Positions 10,661-22,025 of a stretch of 64,000 bases of DNA are shown here, piece by piece. The stretch is from positions 13,083-77,082 of the forward strand of contig JAGAMD010000024.1 in assembly GCA_017624905.1 (NCBI GenBank). Direction: 5' to 3'. The stretch comes from Clostridia bacterium. GTDB taxonomy: Bacteria; Bacillota; Clostridia; Oscillospirales; CAG-272. Position 1 is the first letter of the stretch. Each line of letters opens with the position of its first letter. A model generated the notes under the pieces. It worked only from the letters and a program-made list of their open reading frames with translations. It was not told where the DNA came from and did no database searches. The translations under genes and the position numbers were made by a program.

Positions 10661-11536
10661 ATGTATTTAGCTAATAATTGGAAGGACTATGAGCTTCTCG
10701 ATACCTCGGATGGCGAAAGACTGGAGCGTTGGGGAAAATATATATTAATTCGTCCGGATCCACAGGTTATTTGGAAGGGCAAAAGAGAGCACAAGCTTTG
10801 GAATAAGGCAGATGGCATTTACCGTCGCTCCAAAAGTGGTGGTGGAGCTTGGATTAAAAATGACGTGCCGGAGAAATGGACTATAAATTATGGCGATATG
10901 ACCTTTAATTTAAAGCCTATGGGCTTTAAGCATACAGGTCTTTTTCCCGAACAGGCTGCTAACTGGGATTGGTTTTCTGAGCTAATTAGAAATCGCAAAA
11001 GTGAGGGCAAGGAGGTTAAGGTTTTAAACCTATTTGCCTATACAGGTGGGGCGACCGTTGCCGCAGCCAAGGCGGGTGCTAGTGTTGTGCATGTTGATGC
11101 ATCAAAGGGCATGGTTCAATGTGCTAAGGAAAATATGGCATCAAGCGGACTTGAAAACGCACCTGTAAGGTATATTGTTGACGATTGCCGTAAGTTTGTT
11201 GAGCGTGAAATTAGACGCGGTAACAAATATGACGGAATTATAATGGATCCACCATCATATGGCAGAGGTCCGGGTGGTGAGGTTTGGAAGCTAGAGGATG
11301 CAGTTTGTGATTTTGTCAGCCTTTGTGAAAAGCTGATCTCAGATGATCCACTATTTATGCTTATAAACTCATACACAACCGGTTTAAGTGCCTTGACAAT
11401 GGGATATGTTCTAAATGTTGAGGTTGTTAAAAAGCATGGAGGACGAGCTGAAACAGCCGAGGTTGCACTCCCTGTTACACAGACAAAGGGCTATCTCCCT
11501 TGTGGTGCTAGTGCCCGTTGGATTGCAAAGGAGTAA
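10661..11536 (+). CDS. Class I SAM-dependent methyltransferase (RlmI/YwbD-like)
   Basis: FKHTGLFPEQ, VLNLFAYTGG, IIMDPPSYG; start at ATG 10661 after GAGG. Confidence 0.85.
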   Translation: MYLANNWKDYELLDTSDGERLERWGKYILIRPDPQVIWKGKREHKLWNKADGIYRRSKSGGGAWIKNDVPEKWTINYGDMTFNLKPMGFKHTGLFPEQAANWDWFSELIRNRKSEGKEVKVLNLFAYTGGATVAAAKAGASVVHVDASKGMVQCAKENMASSGLENAPVRYIVDDCRKFVEREIRRGNKYDGIIMDPPSYGRGPGGEVWKLEDAVCDFVSLCEKLISDDPLFMLINSYTTGLSALTMGYVLNVEVVKKHGGRAETAEVALPVTQTKGYLPCGASARWIAKE

Positions 11537-11538
11537 TA

Positions 11539-12396
11539 ATGGAGCCATTAATAAAGTTAGAAAATGTTTCGTTTAAATATCCGGATACAGATGAGCTTGA
11601 AAATAACTTTGCTGTAAACAATCTCTCACTTGAGATAAACGAGGGCGATTTTGTTGCAGTTTTAGGTCATAACGGCTCAGGTAAGTCGACGGCTGCGAAG
11701 CTAATCAATATGATACTCACACCGGATAGCGGAAATATCTATATTGACGGCAAATGTATCACCGAGGAAAAGGCGACTGAAAATGACATATATGAGGTTA
11801 GAAAAAGTGTTGGTATGGTTTTTCAAAACCCTGATAACCAAATCGTTGCTACGGTCGTTGAGGAGGATGTTGCATTTGGCCCTGAAAATTTAGGACTTGA
11901 GCCAAGCGAAATAAGAAAAAGAGTAGACGAGGCACTTGAGATTGTCGGTATGACAAGCTATGCACGTCATGCACCTCACCGTCTTTCCGGTGGACAAAAG
12001 CAAAGAGTTGCCATAGCCGGAATTATAGCTATGAAGCCAAAGTGTATTATCTTTGACGAGTCAACTGCTATGCTCGATCCTCTTGGCAGAAAAGAGGTAA
12101 TGAACACAATTTTAAGACTAAACAAGGAAGAAAAAATAACAATAATTTTAATCACACACTATATGAATGAGGCTGTTTTAGCCGATAAGGTTGTTGTTAT
12201 GAAAAACGGCTCAAAATATCTGGAGGGCACACCAAACGAGGTCTTTTCAAATCCGGACAAGCTCTGGGATGCAGGACTTGAGGTGCCACAGTCGGTAGAG
12301 CTATTACACGCACTAAACAAGGAGCTTAATCTGAAAATTCCTCTGAGAGTGTACGATTTTGATACTTGTGCAAGTATGATTAAGAATAAAATTTAA
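11539..12396 (+). CDS. ecfA1: ECF transporter ATPase A1
   Basis: GHNGSGKST, FQNPDNQ, LSGGQKQR, DESTAMLDP; start at ATG 11539 after AAGGAG. Confidence 0.92.
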   Translation: MEPLIKLENVSFKYPDTDELENNFAVNNLSLEINEGDFVAVLGHNGSGKSTAAKLINMILTPDSGNIYIDGKCITEEKATENDIYEVRKSVGMVFQNPDNQIVATVVEEDVAFGPENLGLEPSEIRKRVDEALEIVGMTSYARHAPHRLSGGQKQRVAIAGIIAMKPKCIIFDESTAMLDPLGRKEVMNTILRLNKEEKITIILITHYMNEAVLADKVVVMKNGSKYLEGTPNEVFSNPDKLWDAGLEVPQSVELLHALNKELNLKIPLRVYDFDTCASMIKNKI

Positions 12397-12412
12397 TTGA
12401 AAGGGAAGAAAT

Positions 12413-13297
12413 ATGTCGATAATCGAGCTTAAGGATGTCTCATTTATTTATGGTAAAAAAACACCATATGAAATAAAGGCTCTTGATAATGTTAGTTTGA
12501 ATATTGAAGAAAATTTAATAACAGGTCTTATTGGTCATACAGGCTCGGGAAAATCGACACTTGTACAGCTTCTCAATGGACTATTAAAGCCAAGCCATGG
12601 TACAGTAATCGTAGATGGTGAGGATATTTGGAAAAAGCCAAAGAAAATAGCAAAAATTCGCTATAAGGTTGGTATGGTAATGCAATATCCGGAGTATCAG
12701 CTTTTTGCCGATACAGTTAAGGATGATATTGCATACGGACCAAAAAATATGGGACTTGACGCTGAGGAAATTGAAAAAAGAGTCCAAAAAAGTGCAGAAT
12801 TTTGTGGCATAGATAAGGAAACACTATCTAAATCACCATTTGATTTGTCCGGCGGACAAAAACGTCGTGTTGCACTTGCCGGTGTTATGGCAATGAATCC
12901 TAAAATTTTGGTTTTGGATGAACCGGCAGCCGGACTTGACCCCAAGGGCAGACGAGAAATTCTTGGTGGTATCAAAAGATATCGTGAGGAAAGCGGAACA
13001 ACTGTTATTATAGTTAGCCACAGTATGGAGGATATGGCAATGTACTGCGACAGAGTCGTGGTTATGTCAAATTCTAAGCTGCTTTTAGATGGCACCTGTA
13101 AAGAGGTTTTCTCTAAGCATCAGTTACTCAAGGAAAATGGTCTTGATGTTCCGGAAATAACTAATCTTGTCTTAAAGCTAAATGAGCTGGGGGTAAATAT
13201 TCCAAGCGATGTTTACACAGTTGAGGATGCAGTTAAGGCGATAGTAGATTTAAAAGCTACCTCTAATAAAGCAAAGGAGGTAGAAGATGTCATTTGA
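12413..13297 (+). CDS. ecfA2: ECF transporter ATPase A2
   Basis: GHTGSGKST, QYPEYQLF, SPFDLSGGQKRR. Confidence 0.92.
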   Translation: MSIIELKDVSFIYGKKTPYEIKALDNVSLNIEENLITGLIGHTGSGKSTLVQLLNGLLKPSHGTVIVDGEDIWKKPKKIAKIRYKVGMVMQYPEYQLFADTVKDDIAYGPKNMGLDAEEIEKRVQKSAEFCGIDKETLSKSPFDLSGGQKRRVALAGVMAMNPKILVLDEPAAGLDPKGRREILGGIKRYREESGTTVIIVSHSMEDMAMYCDRVVVMSNSKLLLDGTCKEVFSKHQLLKENGLDVPEITNLVLKLNELGVNIPSDVYTVEDAVKAIVDLKATSNKAKEVEDVI

Positions 13298-14111
13298 TGT
13301 TTCGTTAGGACAATATTATGAGGCAAAATCTCCAATTCATAAGTTGGATCCAAGAACTAAGCTATTCTTTGTAATAATGTTTATGATTGCTACCTTTGTA
13401 GCACACGAGGTTGTTGCCTTTGCTGCCTTACTAGCTATTGTGCTAATTTCTATTATAATTAGCCGTGTCCCGTTAAGAGTTATCTTTAAGGGACTAAAGG
13501 CACTTGTGGTAGTAGTGATATTCACAGCCGCTTTAAATGTTTTTTGGACAACTGAGGGCACACTACTATGGGAGTGGTGGATAATTCACATTTATGACAA
13601 GGGACTTATAAATGCAGGAATACTAGCACTTAGAATAGTTATGCTGCTGACCTGTACAACTCTATATCTCTCATATACAACAACTCCAATAGAGCTAACA
13701 GATGGTATAGAAACAGCTCTTGCCCCACTCAAAAAGATAAAGCTGCCAATTCACGAGTTTGCTATGCTTATGACAATTGCGTTACGCTTTATTCCAACTC
13801 TTACTGATGAAACAAGTAAGATTATGAACGCACAAAAATCAAGAGGTGCAGACTTTTCAAGCGGTGGACTTATCAAAAGAGCAAAGGCTCTTATTCCAAT
13901 CATAATTCCGTTGTTTGTATCTTCATTTAGAAGAGCAGACGAGCTTGCCACAGCTATGGAATGTCGTTGCTATCGTGGCGGAGATGGCAGAACAAGAATG
14001 AAAAAATTGAAATTTAAGGTGCTTGATATTTTTGGACTACTTTTCTCACTAGCTCTTTTGGCGGGAGTAATCCTTATAAATATATATGTACCGATTTATT
14101 CGATAAGATGA
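13287..14111 (+). CDS. ecfT: ECF transporter transmembrane component T
   Basis: LDPRTK, ALRFIPTL, AQKSRG, AMECRCY. Confidence 0.92.
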   Translation: MSFDVSLGQYYEAKSPIHKLDPRTKLFFVIMFMIATFVAHEVVAFAALLAIVLISIIISRVPLRVIFKGLKALVVVVIFTAALNVFWTTEGTLLWEWWIIHIYDKGLINAGILALRIVMLLTCTTLYLSYTTTPIELTDGIETALAPLKKIKLPIHEFAMLMTIALRFIPTLTDETSKIMNAQKSRGADFSSGGLIKRAKALIPIIIPLFVSSFRRADELATAMECRCYRGGDGRTRMKKLKFKVLDIFGLLFSLALLAGVILINIYVPIYSIR

Positions 14112-14872
14112 GAAAAATTTTACTTACCATTTCATATAATGGGCACAAATATCAAGGCTATCAATTACAAAATGATAGACCTACAATAGCACTTGAGATG
14201 AATCGTGCTACTAAAGAGGTGTTTGGCTTTGACTGTAATGTTACAGGCTGTAGCCGTACAGACAGTGGCGTTCACGCACTTGGATTTTGCTTAACCGTTG
14301 AGCCAAAAGGCGAGAATGATGAAATAACAATTCCTCTTGATAAAATTCCTATTGCCTACAATACAAGATTGCCAAATGATATAGCAGTTTTGTCAGCAAA
14401 AGAGGTTGATAGCGATTTTCATCCAAGGTATAGCGTTATCAAAAAAGAATATGTCTATAAGATACATGCGAGTAAGATAAGAAATCCATTGTATTCAAAT
14501 TTAGTGCTTGAATATGGCAAGGAAATCAGTGATGAAAGCCTTGAAAAAATGACACGTGGTGCCACTTTTTTCCTTGGAACCCATAATTTTGATGCGTTTA
14601 TGTCAACAGGCTCAAAAATAGAGGATACTAAACGCACTGTATATGATGCAAGAGTTGAAAGAAACGGAGATTTAGTTGAATTTACCGTTTGTGCTGACGG
14701 CTTCCTTTATAATATGGTTAGAATAATGGTTGGCACACTTTTAGCTATTGATTCCGGCAAAATTGAGCCGGAGGACATAAAGAACATAATTATGTCTAAA
14801 AAGAGAGACAACGCAGGCATAACTGTTAAACCTGATGGATTATATTTGAAAAAAATATATTATAATAGTTGA
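14108..14872 (+). CDS. truA: tRNA pseudouridine(38-40) synthase
   Basis: GCSRTDSGVHA, GFLYNMVRIMVG; usual ecfAAT-truA order. Confidence 0.93.
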   Translation: MRKILLTISYNGHKYQGYQLQNDRPTIALEMNRATKEVFGFDCNVTGCSRTDSGVHALGFCLTVEPKGENDEITIPLDKIPIAYNTRLPNDIAVLSAKEVDSDFHPRYSVIKKEYVYKIHASKIRNPLYSNLVLEYGKEISDESLEKMTRGATFFLGTHNFDAFMSTGSKIEDTKRTVYDARVERNGDLVEFTVCADGFLYNMVRIMVGTLLAIDSGKIEPEDIKNIIMSKKRDNAGITVKPDGLYLKKIYYNS

Positions 14873-14897
14873 CAAATGCCGAAAAACAGTATATAAT
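14869..14897 (+). promoter_or_regulatory. Consensus sigmaA promoter
   Basis: TTGACA-N17-TATAAT. Confidence 0.75.
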
Positions 14898-14971
14898 ATA
14901 TAGGTAAATAAAACACAAACACATTATGCCTTTAGGCATAATTTGGTAAAAGAAGTAAAAAGGAGGAAAAT

Positions 14972-15772
14972 ATGGGAGCTGTAAAGATTGTTAATTTAGT
15001 ATTTGACTGCTTACTAGTTGGAATTATGGCATTCGTTATCATAAGAAACTGTGTAAACGGCTTTATCAAATCACTTGTTTCGTTGCTTAAGACATTTGCT
15101 GCACCATTTATCGCTATCGTATTCAACCTTCCTCTTGCTAGAATAATTAGTAAGCTTCTATTTACAAATATGTCAGTTGACTTTGTTCGTGGTTGGCTCC
15201 TTTCTACTGAAACAGTAGATATTGATGGCGTAGTACACTATGAGGTTAGCACACCGTTCGACGGTATCCCTAAGATGATAGCTGATTTCGTGCTAAACGC
15301 CGGTGAAGAAAACTGGGATGGAAGAGAATTAGTAAATACACATATAACCGGTAATATAATCGATGGCGACCTTGTTAAAGAACCGGCTTCACTTGAAGCA
15401 GTTGAAGAGCTATCCTTGCACCTTGGTGCTCGTATGTCGCTCGGTATTTCGATTATCGTTTCATTTGTTGTATTGTTCATTATCGCTGAAGTATTTTTTA
15501 TAGTTGTAGATAAGCTATCAAGAAAGCTTATTGAAAAGGCGAAAATGGTTAAATATGCAAACTGGATTTTAGGTGGATTAATTGGAATAGCAATTGCATA
15601 TGCACTAGTTTGCTCAATTTGTGTCGGTGTTGAAAAAATATTTGATTTCGGTCAACACTATTATGGAAACACAGTCTTTAAGGACGAGTATATTTCAGGC
15701 ACACTGATTTTGAAATTCTTTGTAAATCATAATATGTGGGATTTCATAGTTGCAAAGTTCCCAATATCATAA
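14972..15772 (+). CDS. CvpA-like membrane protein (paralog 1)
   Basis: N-terminal TM followed by GFIKSL, long loop, then ANWILGGLIG. Confidence 0.65.
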   Translation: MGAVKIVNLVFDCLLVGIMAFVIIRNCVNGFIKSLVSLLKTFAAPFIAIVFNLPLARIISKLLFTNMSVDFVRGWLLSTETVDIDGVVHYEVSTPFDGIPKMIADFVLNAGEENWDGRELVNTHITGNIIDGDLVKEPASLEAVEELSLHLGARMSLGISIIVSFVVLFIIAEVFFIVVDKLSRKLIEKAKMVKYANWILGGLIGIAIAYALVCSICVGVEKIFDFGQHYYGNTVFKDEYISGTLILKFFVNHNMWDFIVAKFPIS

Positions 15773-15777
15773 ACTAA

Positions 15778-15810
15778 AAGGGACTGTATAGCTTACAGTC
15801 CCTTGCTTTT
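15778..15810 (+). terminator. Hairpin between CvpA-like paralogs
   Basis: AAGGGACTGTA-TAGCT-TACAGTCCCTT followed by GCTTTT. Confidence 0.6.
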
Positions 15811-15835
15811 AAAATTTAACGAGAGGAGAATAGAC

Positions 15836-16579
15836 GTGAATCCAAGTACAATTCTTGACATAGTATTAGGTGTTACAGCATGCTTAGTTATAATAAAATT
15901 CACTGTCGAAGGCTTCTTTCAAAACCTTTTGGATTTGTGTAAGGGATTTTTGGCGATAGTAATATCATATTTAATGAGAATTGCTATTGGAAGGCTGTTT
16001 TGCTCTCTCTTTATGAAGGATGCAATGATCACCCTTGTCTCTAAATCATTGGATTTATATCAAAATCAAGATGTTGAAAACTTAGGATTTGATATAGCCT
16101 CGTTAAAAGAAAACACACCTGAGTTTTTTGAAAAAATTCTAACAAGATACGGGCTTGACTATCAAAGATTCCTTGGAGATTTTGAGGAGTTTTTTGTGGA
16201 TGGAAACCACGAGGTTAAAGACTCACTTGCAGAAAATGTAGGTGGCGCGGTTGCTATGCTTGTTTCAATAATTCTAGCTTTATTTGTTGGCTTGATTGTT
16301 GCATATGTTCTTTTGAGTATAGTTGTTTACTTTATACTAAAGCTAACAAAATTTGACGGTGTAAAGACTGCTAATAGATGGCTTGGACTTGCTCTCGGTG
16401 TAGTAATAGCATTTTTGGTGCTTTGGGGAGCAACAATAGTTGTCGAGCTGCTTGTTCAGTTTGTTGGGCCTGTTTTGCCGGAATATATAAATCCTAGTTT
16501 GGCAGAAAATTCAATGGTCGTGGGCATGTTTAAAATTATTAGCCCAATCAATTTTATCAAAGACTTAATATATTCGTAA
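15836..16579 (+). CDS. CvpA-like membrane protein (paralog 2)
   Basis: ILDIVL..., GFFQNL, ANRWLGLALG; GTG start 15836 after GAGGAG. Confidence 0.65.
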   Translation: MNPSTILDIVLGVTACLVIIKFTVEGFFQNLLDLCKGFLAIVISYLMRIAIGRLFCSLFMKDAMITLVSKSLDLYQNQDVENLGFDIASLKENTPEFFEKILTRYGLDYQRFLGDFEEFFVDGNHEVKDSLAENVGGAVAMLVSIILALFVGLIVAYVLLSIVVYFILKLTKFDGVKTANRWLGLALGVVIAFLVLWGATIVVELLVQFVGPVLPEYINPSLAENSMVVGMFKIISPINFIKDLIYS

Positions 16580-16598
16580 GAATAAGAGGAAATAAATT

Positions 16599-18872
16599 AT
16601 GGAAATGTGTGCAAGATGTAAAAAAAGACCGGCTACGGTTTATATAATGAAGCTTGAAAACAACGTGCAAAAGCAAGAGGGACTATGCCTCGTTTGTGCA
16701 AAGGAGCTTGGTATTAAGCCTGTCAACGATATGATGACAAAGATGGGCATCACTGAGGAAGAGCTTGAAAATATGGAAAAAATGTTTGCCGATATGCTTC
16801 CGGCGGTAACCGGTGACGATGATGACGGAGACGAGGATTCTCCAACTATCGATTTTTCAAAAATAATGAAAAATATGGGCGTTGCCGCTGAAACTGACAA
16901 GGACAACAAGGGCAAGAAAAAGGATAAAAAGGGCGATAACAGAAAGCATTTGAATACTTACTGCACCAATCTTACACAAAGTGCTTTGAATGGTAAGCTT
17001 GATAGAATTGTTGGCAGACAAAGAGAGCTTGAAAGAGTAATTCAAATTTTAAGCCGTCGCCAAAAGAACAATCCTTGCTTAATAGGTGAGCCGGGTGTTG
17101 GTAAAACAGCAATTGCCGAGGCTTTAGCCCAAAGAATAGTAGAGGGTAATGTTCCGCATAAGCTGAAGAAATGTGAAATTTATTTAGTTGACCTAACAGC
17201 TTTAGTTGCAGGTACTCAGTTTAGAGGACAATTTGAGGCTAGAATTAATGGTCTTTTGAAAGAGGTTAAGGAAGCCGGAAATATTATTCTTGTAATTGAC
17301 GAAATTCACAATATTGTTGGTACGGGCAACTCTGAAGGAAGCATGAATGCCGCTAATATTCTAAAACCGGCACTTTCTCGTGGGGAAATTCAAGTTATCG
17401 GTGCGACAACGCTTAAGGAATATCGTAAATACATCGAAAAGGATGCTGCTCTTGAAAGACGCTTTCAGCCTGTAAAGGTTGAAGAGCCATCTATTGAAGA
17501 GTGTATCGAAATGATAAAGGGAATTAAGCACTATTATGAGATTTATCACGGTGTTAAAATTTCCGATGAAATTGCTAAAAGTGCAGTTGTAATGAGCGAA
17601 AGATATATAACTGATAGATTTTTACCTGATAAGGCTATCGACTTAATTGACGAGGCTTGTTCACATATCGTCCTTCATTCACCACATATAAACGAAAGAC
17701 ACAATGTCATTGAAAAATTAGCTGAGGTTGATACAAAAACAGAGGCACTAAATGCTAAAATCGCAGAGGGAGGCAAGGAGCCAAACGAAAGCGAATATAA
17801 GCAAATAGCAGAGCTCAAAACAGAACGCTCAATGTTGCTTTTAGATAAGGAAAGACTTGACAAGGAATGCGAAAATACTGTAATGACAAAGCAGGATTTA
17901 GCAGGTGTTATCGAGATTTGGACAGGTATTCCTGCAAGTAACATTTCAGAGGTTGAGTTTGAAATGTTGGCAAAGCTAGAGGACAAAATCAAGTCTCGCA
18001 TTGTTGGTCAAGACGAGGCTGTAAAATCACTTTGCTCGGCTATTAGAAGAAACAGAGCGGGTGTTAGTGTGAAAAAACGCCCGGCGTCCTTCATCTTTGC
18101 CGGACCAACAGGAGTTGGAAAAACCGAGCTTGTAAAAACACTTGCAAGTGAGCTGTTTAATACACCTGACTCACTTATCCGCCTTGATATGACCGAGTTT
18201 ATGGAAAAGCACTCAGTATCAAAAATTATCGGTTCACCTCCTGGATATGTTGGCTATGATGAGGCTGGACAATTGACGGAGAAAATCAGACGCTCACCAT
18301 ACTCAGTAGTTCTTTTTGACGAGATTGAAAAAGCACATCCTGATGTATTAAACATTCTTCTTCAAATTCTTGACGAGGGCAAAATTGCTGACTCACAAGG
18401 CAGAACAATCAATTTTGAAAATACAGTAATTGTAATGACCACTAATGCAGGTGCTACCTTGACCTCCTCACAGGCAGGGTTTGGCTCAAGCACAATGCAG
18501 GTTGCCAAGGAAAAGACCGAAAAGGCACTTTCCTCCTTCTTGCGTCCGGAATTTATCAACAGAATTGATGAAATCATTACATTCCGTTCACTTGAGGAAG
18601 AGGATTTTGTGGAAATAGCAAAGATTATGCTCGGTGATATGAAGGAAGCACTCCTTGAAAGAGGAATTAAATTCACATTTACTAAAAAGGCTTGTGAGTT
18701 TATTGCAAAGGAGTCATTTAGCAAAAAATACGGTGCAAGAAATATGCGTAGATATATTCAAACAGAAATTGAAGATAAGCTGGCTCACGCAATTATCTTT
18801 GAAATTAAGGGCAATATTACAGGCGCTGCCGTTGATGTTAAAAAATCACAGCTTGCTGTTGACTGCATATAA
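16599..18872 (+). CDS. ATP-dependent Clp protease ATP-binding subunit (ClpE/ClpC type, N-terminal CxxC..CxxC)
   Basis: GEPGVGKT and GPTGVGKT Walker A motifs, [20 protein letters not shown]; N-terminal CARC...CLVC. Confidence 0.93.
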   Translation: MEMCARCKKRPATVYIMKLENNVQKQEGLCLVCAKELGIKPVNDMMTKMGITEEELENMEKMFADMLPAVTGDDDDGDEDSPTIDFSKIMKNMGVAAETDKDNKGKKKDKKGDNRKHLNTYCTNLTQSALNGKLDRIVGRQRELERVIQILSRRQKNNPCLIGEPGVGKTAIAEALAQRIVEGNVPHKLKKCEIYLVDLTALVAGTQFRGQFEARINGLLKEVKEAGNIILVIDEIHNIVGTGNSEGSMNAANILKPALSRGEIQVIGATTLKEYRKYIEKDAALERRFQPVKVEEPSIEECIEMIKGIKHYYEIYHGVKISDEIAKSAVVMSERYITDRFLPDKAIDLIDEACSHIVLHSPHINERHNVIEKLAEVDTKTEALNAKIAEGGKEPNESEYKQIAELKTERSMLLLDKERLDKECENTVMTKQDLAGVIEIWTGIPASNISEVEFEMLAKLEDKIKSRIVGQDEAVKSLCSAIRRNRAGVSVKKRPASFIFAGPTGVGKTELVKTLASELFNTPDSLIRLDMTEFMEKHSVSKIIGSPPGYVGYDEAGQLTEKIRRSPYSVVLFDEIEKAHPDVLNILLQILDEGKIADSQGRTINFENTVIVMTTNAGATLTSSQAGFGSSTMQVAKEKTEKALSSFLRPEFINRIDEIITFRSLEEEDFVEIAKIMLGDMKEALLERGIKFTFTKKACEFIAKESFSKKYGARNMRRYIQTEIEDKLAHAIIFEIKGNITGAAVDVKKSQLAVDCI

Positions 18873-18877
18873 TAGAC

Positions 18878-18914
18878 AAAATCACTCTCTTGTTTTTTAG
18901 AGGGTGATTTTTTT
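18878..18914 (+). terminator. Intrinsic terminator
   Basis: AAAATCACTCTCT...AGAGGGTGATTTT followed by more T. Confidence 0.7.
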
Positions 18915-19006
18915 GTAAAAAAATTCACTTTAGTTTGATAAAGTACTTGAAATTGGTTTTTTCGTGTGATATTATAAAATATATTATTTTTGATTTGAGG
19001 ATTAAA

Positions 19007-20443
19007 ATGGCTAACGACAAGAAAATGGTAGAGCAAATTACCTCTATGGAAGAGGACTTTGCAAAATGGTACACAGACGTAGTTAAAAAGGCTGACCTGA
19101 TTGACTATTCAAGCGTTAAGGGCTGTATGATTATTCGTCCTTATGGCTATGCAATTTGGGAAAACATCCAAAAGCTACTCGATGCAAGATTTAAGAAAAC
19201 AGGCGTTGAAAATATCTATATGCCTATGTTCATTCCTGAATCCTTGCTACAAAGAGAAAAGGATCACGTAGAGGGCTTTGCACCTGAGGTTGCTTGGGTA
19301 ACACACGGTGGCAGTGAGCCACTTACAGAAAGACTTTGTGTTCGTCCTACATCTGAAACTCTTTTCTGTGAGCACTATGCAAATATTATTCGCTCATATA
19401 GAGATTTACCAAAGCTATATAACCAATGGTGTAGCGTAGTAAGATGGGAGAAAACAACTCGTCCATTCCTACGTAGCCGTGAGTTCTTATGGCAAGAGGG
19501 ACACACAATGCACGCAACAGCAGAGGATGCAGAGAATGAAACATTGCAAATGCTAAATGTATATGCAGATTTCTTTGAAAAGGATCTCGGTATTCCCGTT
19601 CTTAAGGGAAGAAAAACAGACAAAGAAAAATTTGCCGGTGCAAATGCTACATATACCGTTGAGGCTCTTATGCACGATGGTAAGGCACTACAAGGTGGTA
19701 CTAGCCACAACTTTGGTGATGGCTTTGCGAAGGCATTCAATATTCAATATCTTGACAAGGACAATACTTTGAAGTATTGCCACCAAACCTCTTGGGGTGT
19801 TTCTACAAGAATTATCGGTGCCATCATTATGACACACGGCGATAATAATGGTCTTGTATTACCACCACAGGTAGCACCAATACAGGTTGTTGTAATTCCT
19901 TGCGCTCAGCACAAGCCGGGCGTTATTGAAAAGGCGACAGAGGTTATGGAAAGAGTAAATCAATTTGCAAGAGCAAAGATTGATACATCTGATAACTCAC
20001 CCGGATGGAAGTATGCTGAATATGAGATGAAGGGCGTTCCTCTCCGTCTTGAGATTGGTCCACGCGATATTGAAAACAATCAATGCGTATTAGTTCGCCG
20101 TGATAACAGAGAAAAAATCTTTGTTTCACTCGACGAGCTTGAGACTAAGATTCCGGAGCTACTTGCTGATATTACTAAGGGACTATACAGCAAGGCAGCA
20201 GAAAATAGAAAAAATCGTACATATACAGAAACAGAGCTTGATAGCTTCATCAAAACAGCTAGTGAAAAATCCGGCTATATTAAGGCACACTGGTGTGGCG
20301 ACCTTGAATGTGAGCTAAAGCTCAAGGAGGTTGCTGATGTAACCTCACGTTGTATGCCACTTGATGAGCAAGGCACAACCGGAAAATGTATTTGCTGTGG
20401 TAAGGAAGCCGATAAGCTTGTTTACTGGGGCAAGGCATATTAA
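19007..20443 (+). CDS. proS: Proline--tRNA ligase (archaeal/eukaryotic type)
   Basis: [38 protein letters not shown]-terminal Cys cluster and GKAY; start ATG 19007 after GAGG. Confidence 0.95.
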   Translation: MANDKKMVEQITSMEEDFAKWYTDVVKKADLIDYSSVKGCMIIRPYGYAIWENIQKLLDARFKKTGVENIYMPMFIPESLLQREKDHVEGFAPEVAWVTHGGSEPLTERLCVRPTSETLFCEHYANIIRSYRDLPKLYNQWCSVVRWEKTTRPFLRSREFLWQEGHTMHATAEDAENETLQMLNVYADFFEKDLGIPVLKGRKTDKEKFAGANATYTVEALMHDGKALQGGTSHNFGDGFAKAFNIQYLDKDNTLKYCHQTSWGVSTRIIGAIIMTHGDNNGLVLPPQVAPIQVVVIPCAQHKPGVIEKATEVMERVNQFARAKIDTSDNSPGWKYAEYEMKGVPLRLEIGPRDIENNQCVLVRRDNREKIFVSLDELETKIPELLADITKGLYSKAAENRKNRTYTETELDSFIKTASEKSGYIKAHWCGDLECELKLKEVADVTSRCMPLDEQGTTGKCICCGKEADKLVYWGKAY

Positions 20444-20478
20444 TTTAATTTGCTAAATATCTTAGGAGGATATATATT

Positions 20479-21831
20479 ATGAGTTTCAAAAATCAATATC
20501 TTAACGAGCTTATGGAAAGAGTCGTTAAAAGAAACCAAAACGAGCCGGAATTTCACCAAACAGTAGAAGAAGTTCTTGCATCAATCGAGCCGGTTATCGA
20601 AGCACGTCCGGAGTACATCACAAGTGGCGTTCTTGAGAGAATGGTGGAGCCTGAAAGAATTATTAAGTTCAGAGTTCCGTGGGTTGATGACAACGGTAAG
20701 GTTCAAGTAAACCGTGGCTTTAGAATTCAATTCAACAGTGCAATCGGTCCATACAAGGGCGGACTTCGTTTCCACCCATCAGTATATGAAGGAATTATCA
20801 AATTCCTTGGATTTGAGCAAACATTTAAGAACAGCTTAACATCACTCCCAATGGGTGGTGGTAAGGGTGGCTCTGACTTTGACCCACAAGGTAAGAGCGA
20901 TGCAGAGGTTATGCGTTTCTGCCAAAGCTTTATGACAGAGCTTTATAGACATATTGGTGCAGATCTTGACGTTCCGGCAGGCGACATCGGTGTTGGTGCA
21001 AGAGAGGTTGGCTATATGTTCGGTCAATATAAGAGACTTAAGAACGAGTTTACAGGCGTATTAACAGGTAAGGGAATTGCATATGGCGGTTCACTAATTC
21101 GTCCAGAGGCAACAGGCTATGGTGCTGTTTACTACACAGAAAATATGCTAAGCTATTTCAAGGATTCAATTAAGGGCAAAACCTTTGTAATTTCAGGCTT
21201 CGGTAATGTTGCTTGGGGCGCAGTAAAGAAGGTTACTGAGCTCGGCGGTAAGGTTGTTACAATCTCCGGTCCTGACGGATATATATACGACGAAGACGGC
21301 GTAAACACAGAAGAAAAAATCAACTTTATGCTTGAAATGCGTGCTTCCTGCCGTAACAAGGTTCAAGACTATGCTGACAAGTTTGGCGTTCCATTCTTTG
21401 CCGGTCAAAAGCCATGGGGCGTAAAGGCTGACATCCTAATGCCATGTGCTACTCAAAACGAGGTTGGCATTAAGGAAGCTGAAGCAATTGTTGCAAATGG
21501 CGTTAAGTACTATGTTGAGGTTTCAAATATGCCTACAACTAATGAGGCAGTTGCATACTTAAAGGCAAATGGCGTTATTGTTGCTCCATCTAAGGCTGTT
21601 AACGCAGGTGGTGTTGCAGTTTCCGGTCTTGAAATGTCACAAAACTCAATGCGTTATAGCTGGACAGCTGAAGAGGTTGATGAAAAGCTTAAGGGCATTA
21701 TGAAGAACATCTTCGACAACTCAATTAAGGCTGCTAACAAGTATGGTCTAGGTGATGACCTAGTTGCCGGTGCTAATATCGCAGGCTTCATTAAGGTTGC
21801 TGATGCAATGCTTGCACAAGGTGTTGTTTAA
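20479..21831 (+). CDS. gdhA: NADP-specific glutamate dehydrogenase
   Basis: GPYKGGLRFHPSV, GGGKGGSDF, VPAGDIGVG, RPEATGYG, GFGNVA. Confidence 0.96.
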   Translation: MSFKNQYLNELMERVVKRNQNEPEFHQTVEEVLASIEPVIEARPEYITSGVLERMVEPERIIKFRVPWVDDNGKVQVNRGFRIQFNSAIGPYKGGLRFHPSVYEGIIKFLGFEQTFKNSLTSLPMGGGKGGSDFDPQGKSDAEVMRFCQSFMTELYRHIGADLDVPAGDIGVGAREVGYMFGQYKRLKNEFTGVLTGKGIAYGGSLIRPEATGYGAVYYTENMLSYFKDSIKGKTFVISGFGNVAWGAVKKVTELGGKVVTISGPDGYIYDEDGVNTEEKINFMLEMRASCRNKVQDYADKFGVPFFAGQKPWGVKADILMPCATQNEVGIKEAEAIVANGVKYYVEVSNMPTTNEAVAYLKANGVIVAPSKAVNAGGVAVSGLEMSQNSMRYSWTAEEVDEKLKGIMKNIFDNSIKAANKYGLGDDLVAGANIAGFIKVADAMLAQGVV

Positions 21832-21844
21832 TACTGAATTATAT

Positions 21845-21875
21845 AAAAAATGCACTCGAATTGAGTGCATTTTTT
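21845..21875 (+). terminator. Intrinsic terminator
   Basis: A6-TGCACTC-GAATT-GAGTGCA-T6. Confidence 0.85.
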
Positions 21876-22025
21876 CATTGTATTAATAAAATTATTACAA
21901 AACAGATAATTATTAACAGAATATTTATTAATATATAACAAAAAAATATTGTAAGCATATTGATTTTTGTGCAACTTTGTAGTATAATATATCCAGCGAA
22001 ATATGAATTTTTTAGGAGGTAAGTA

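Noticed and set aside
18915-19006. T-box leader for proS
   Set aside because: Leader is too short and no T-box consensus is visible; a promoter-like TTGAAA-N17-TATTAT sits close to the start
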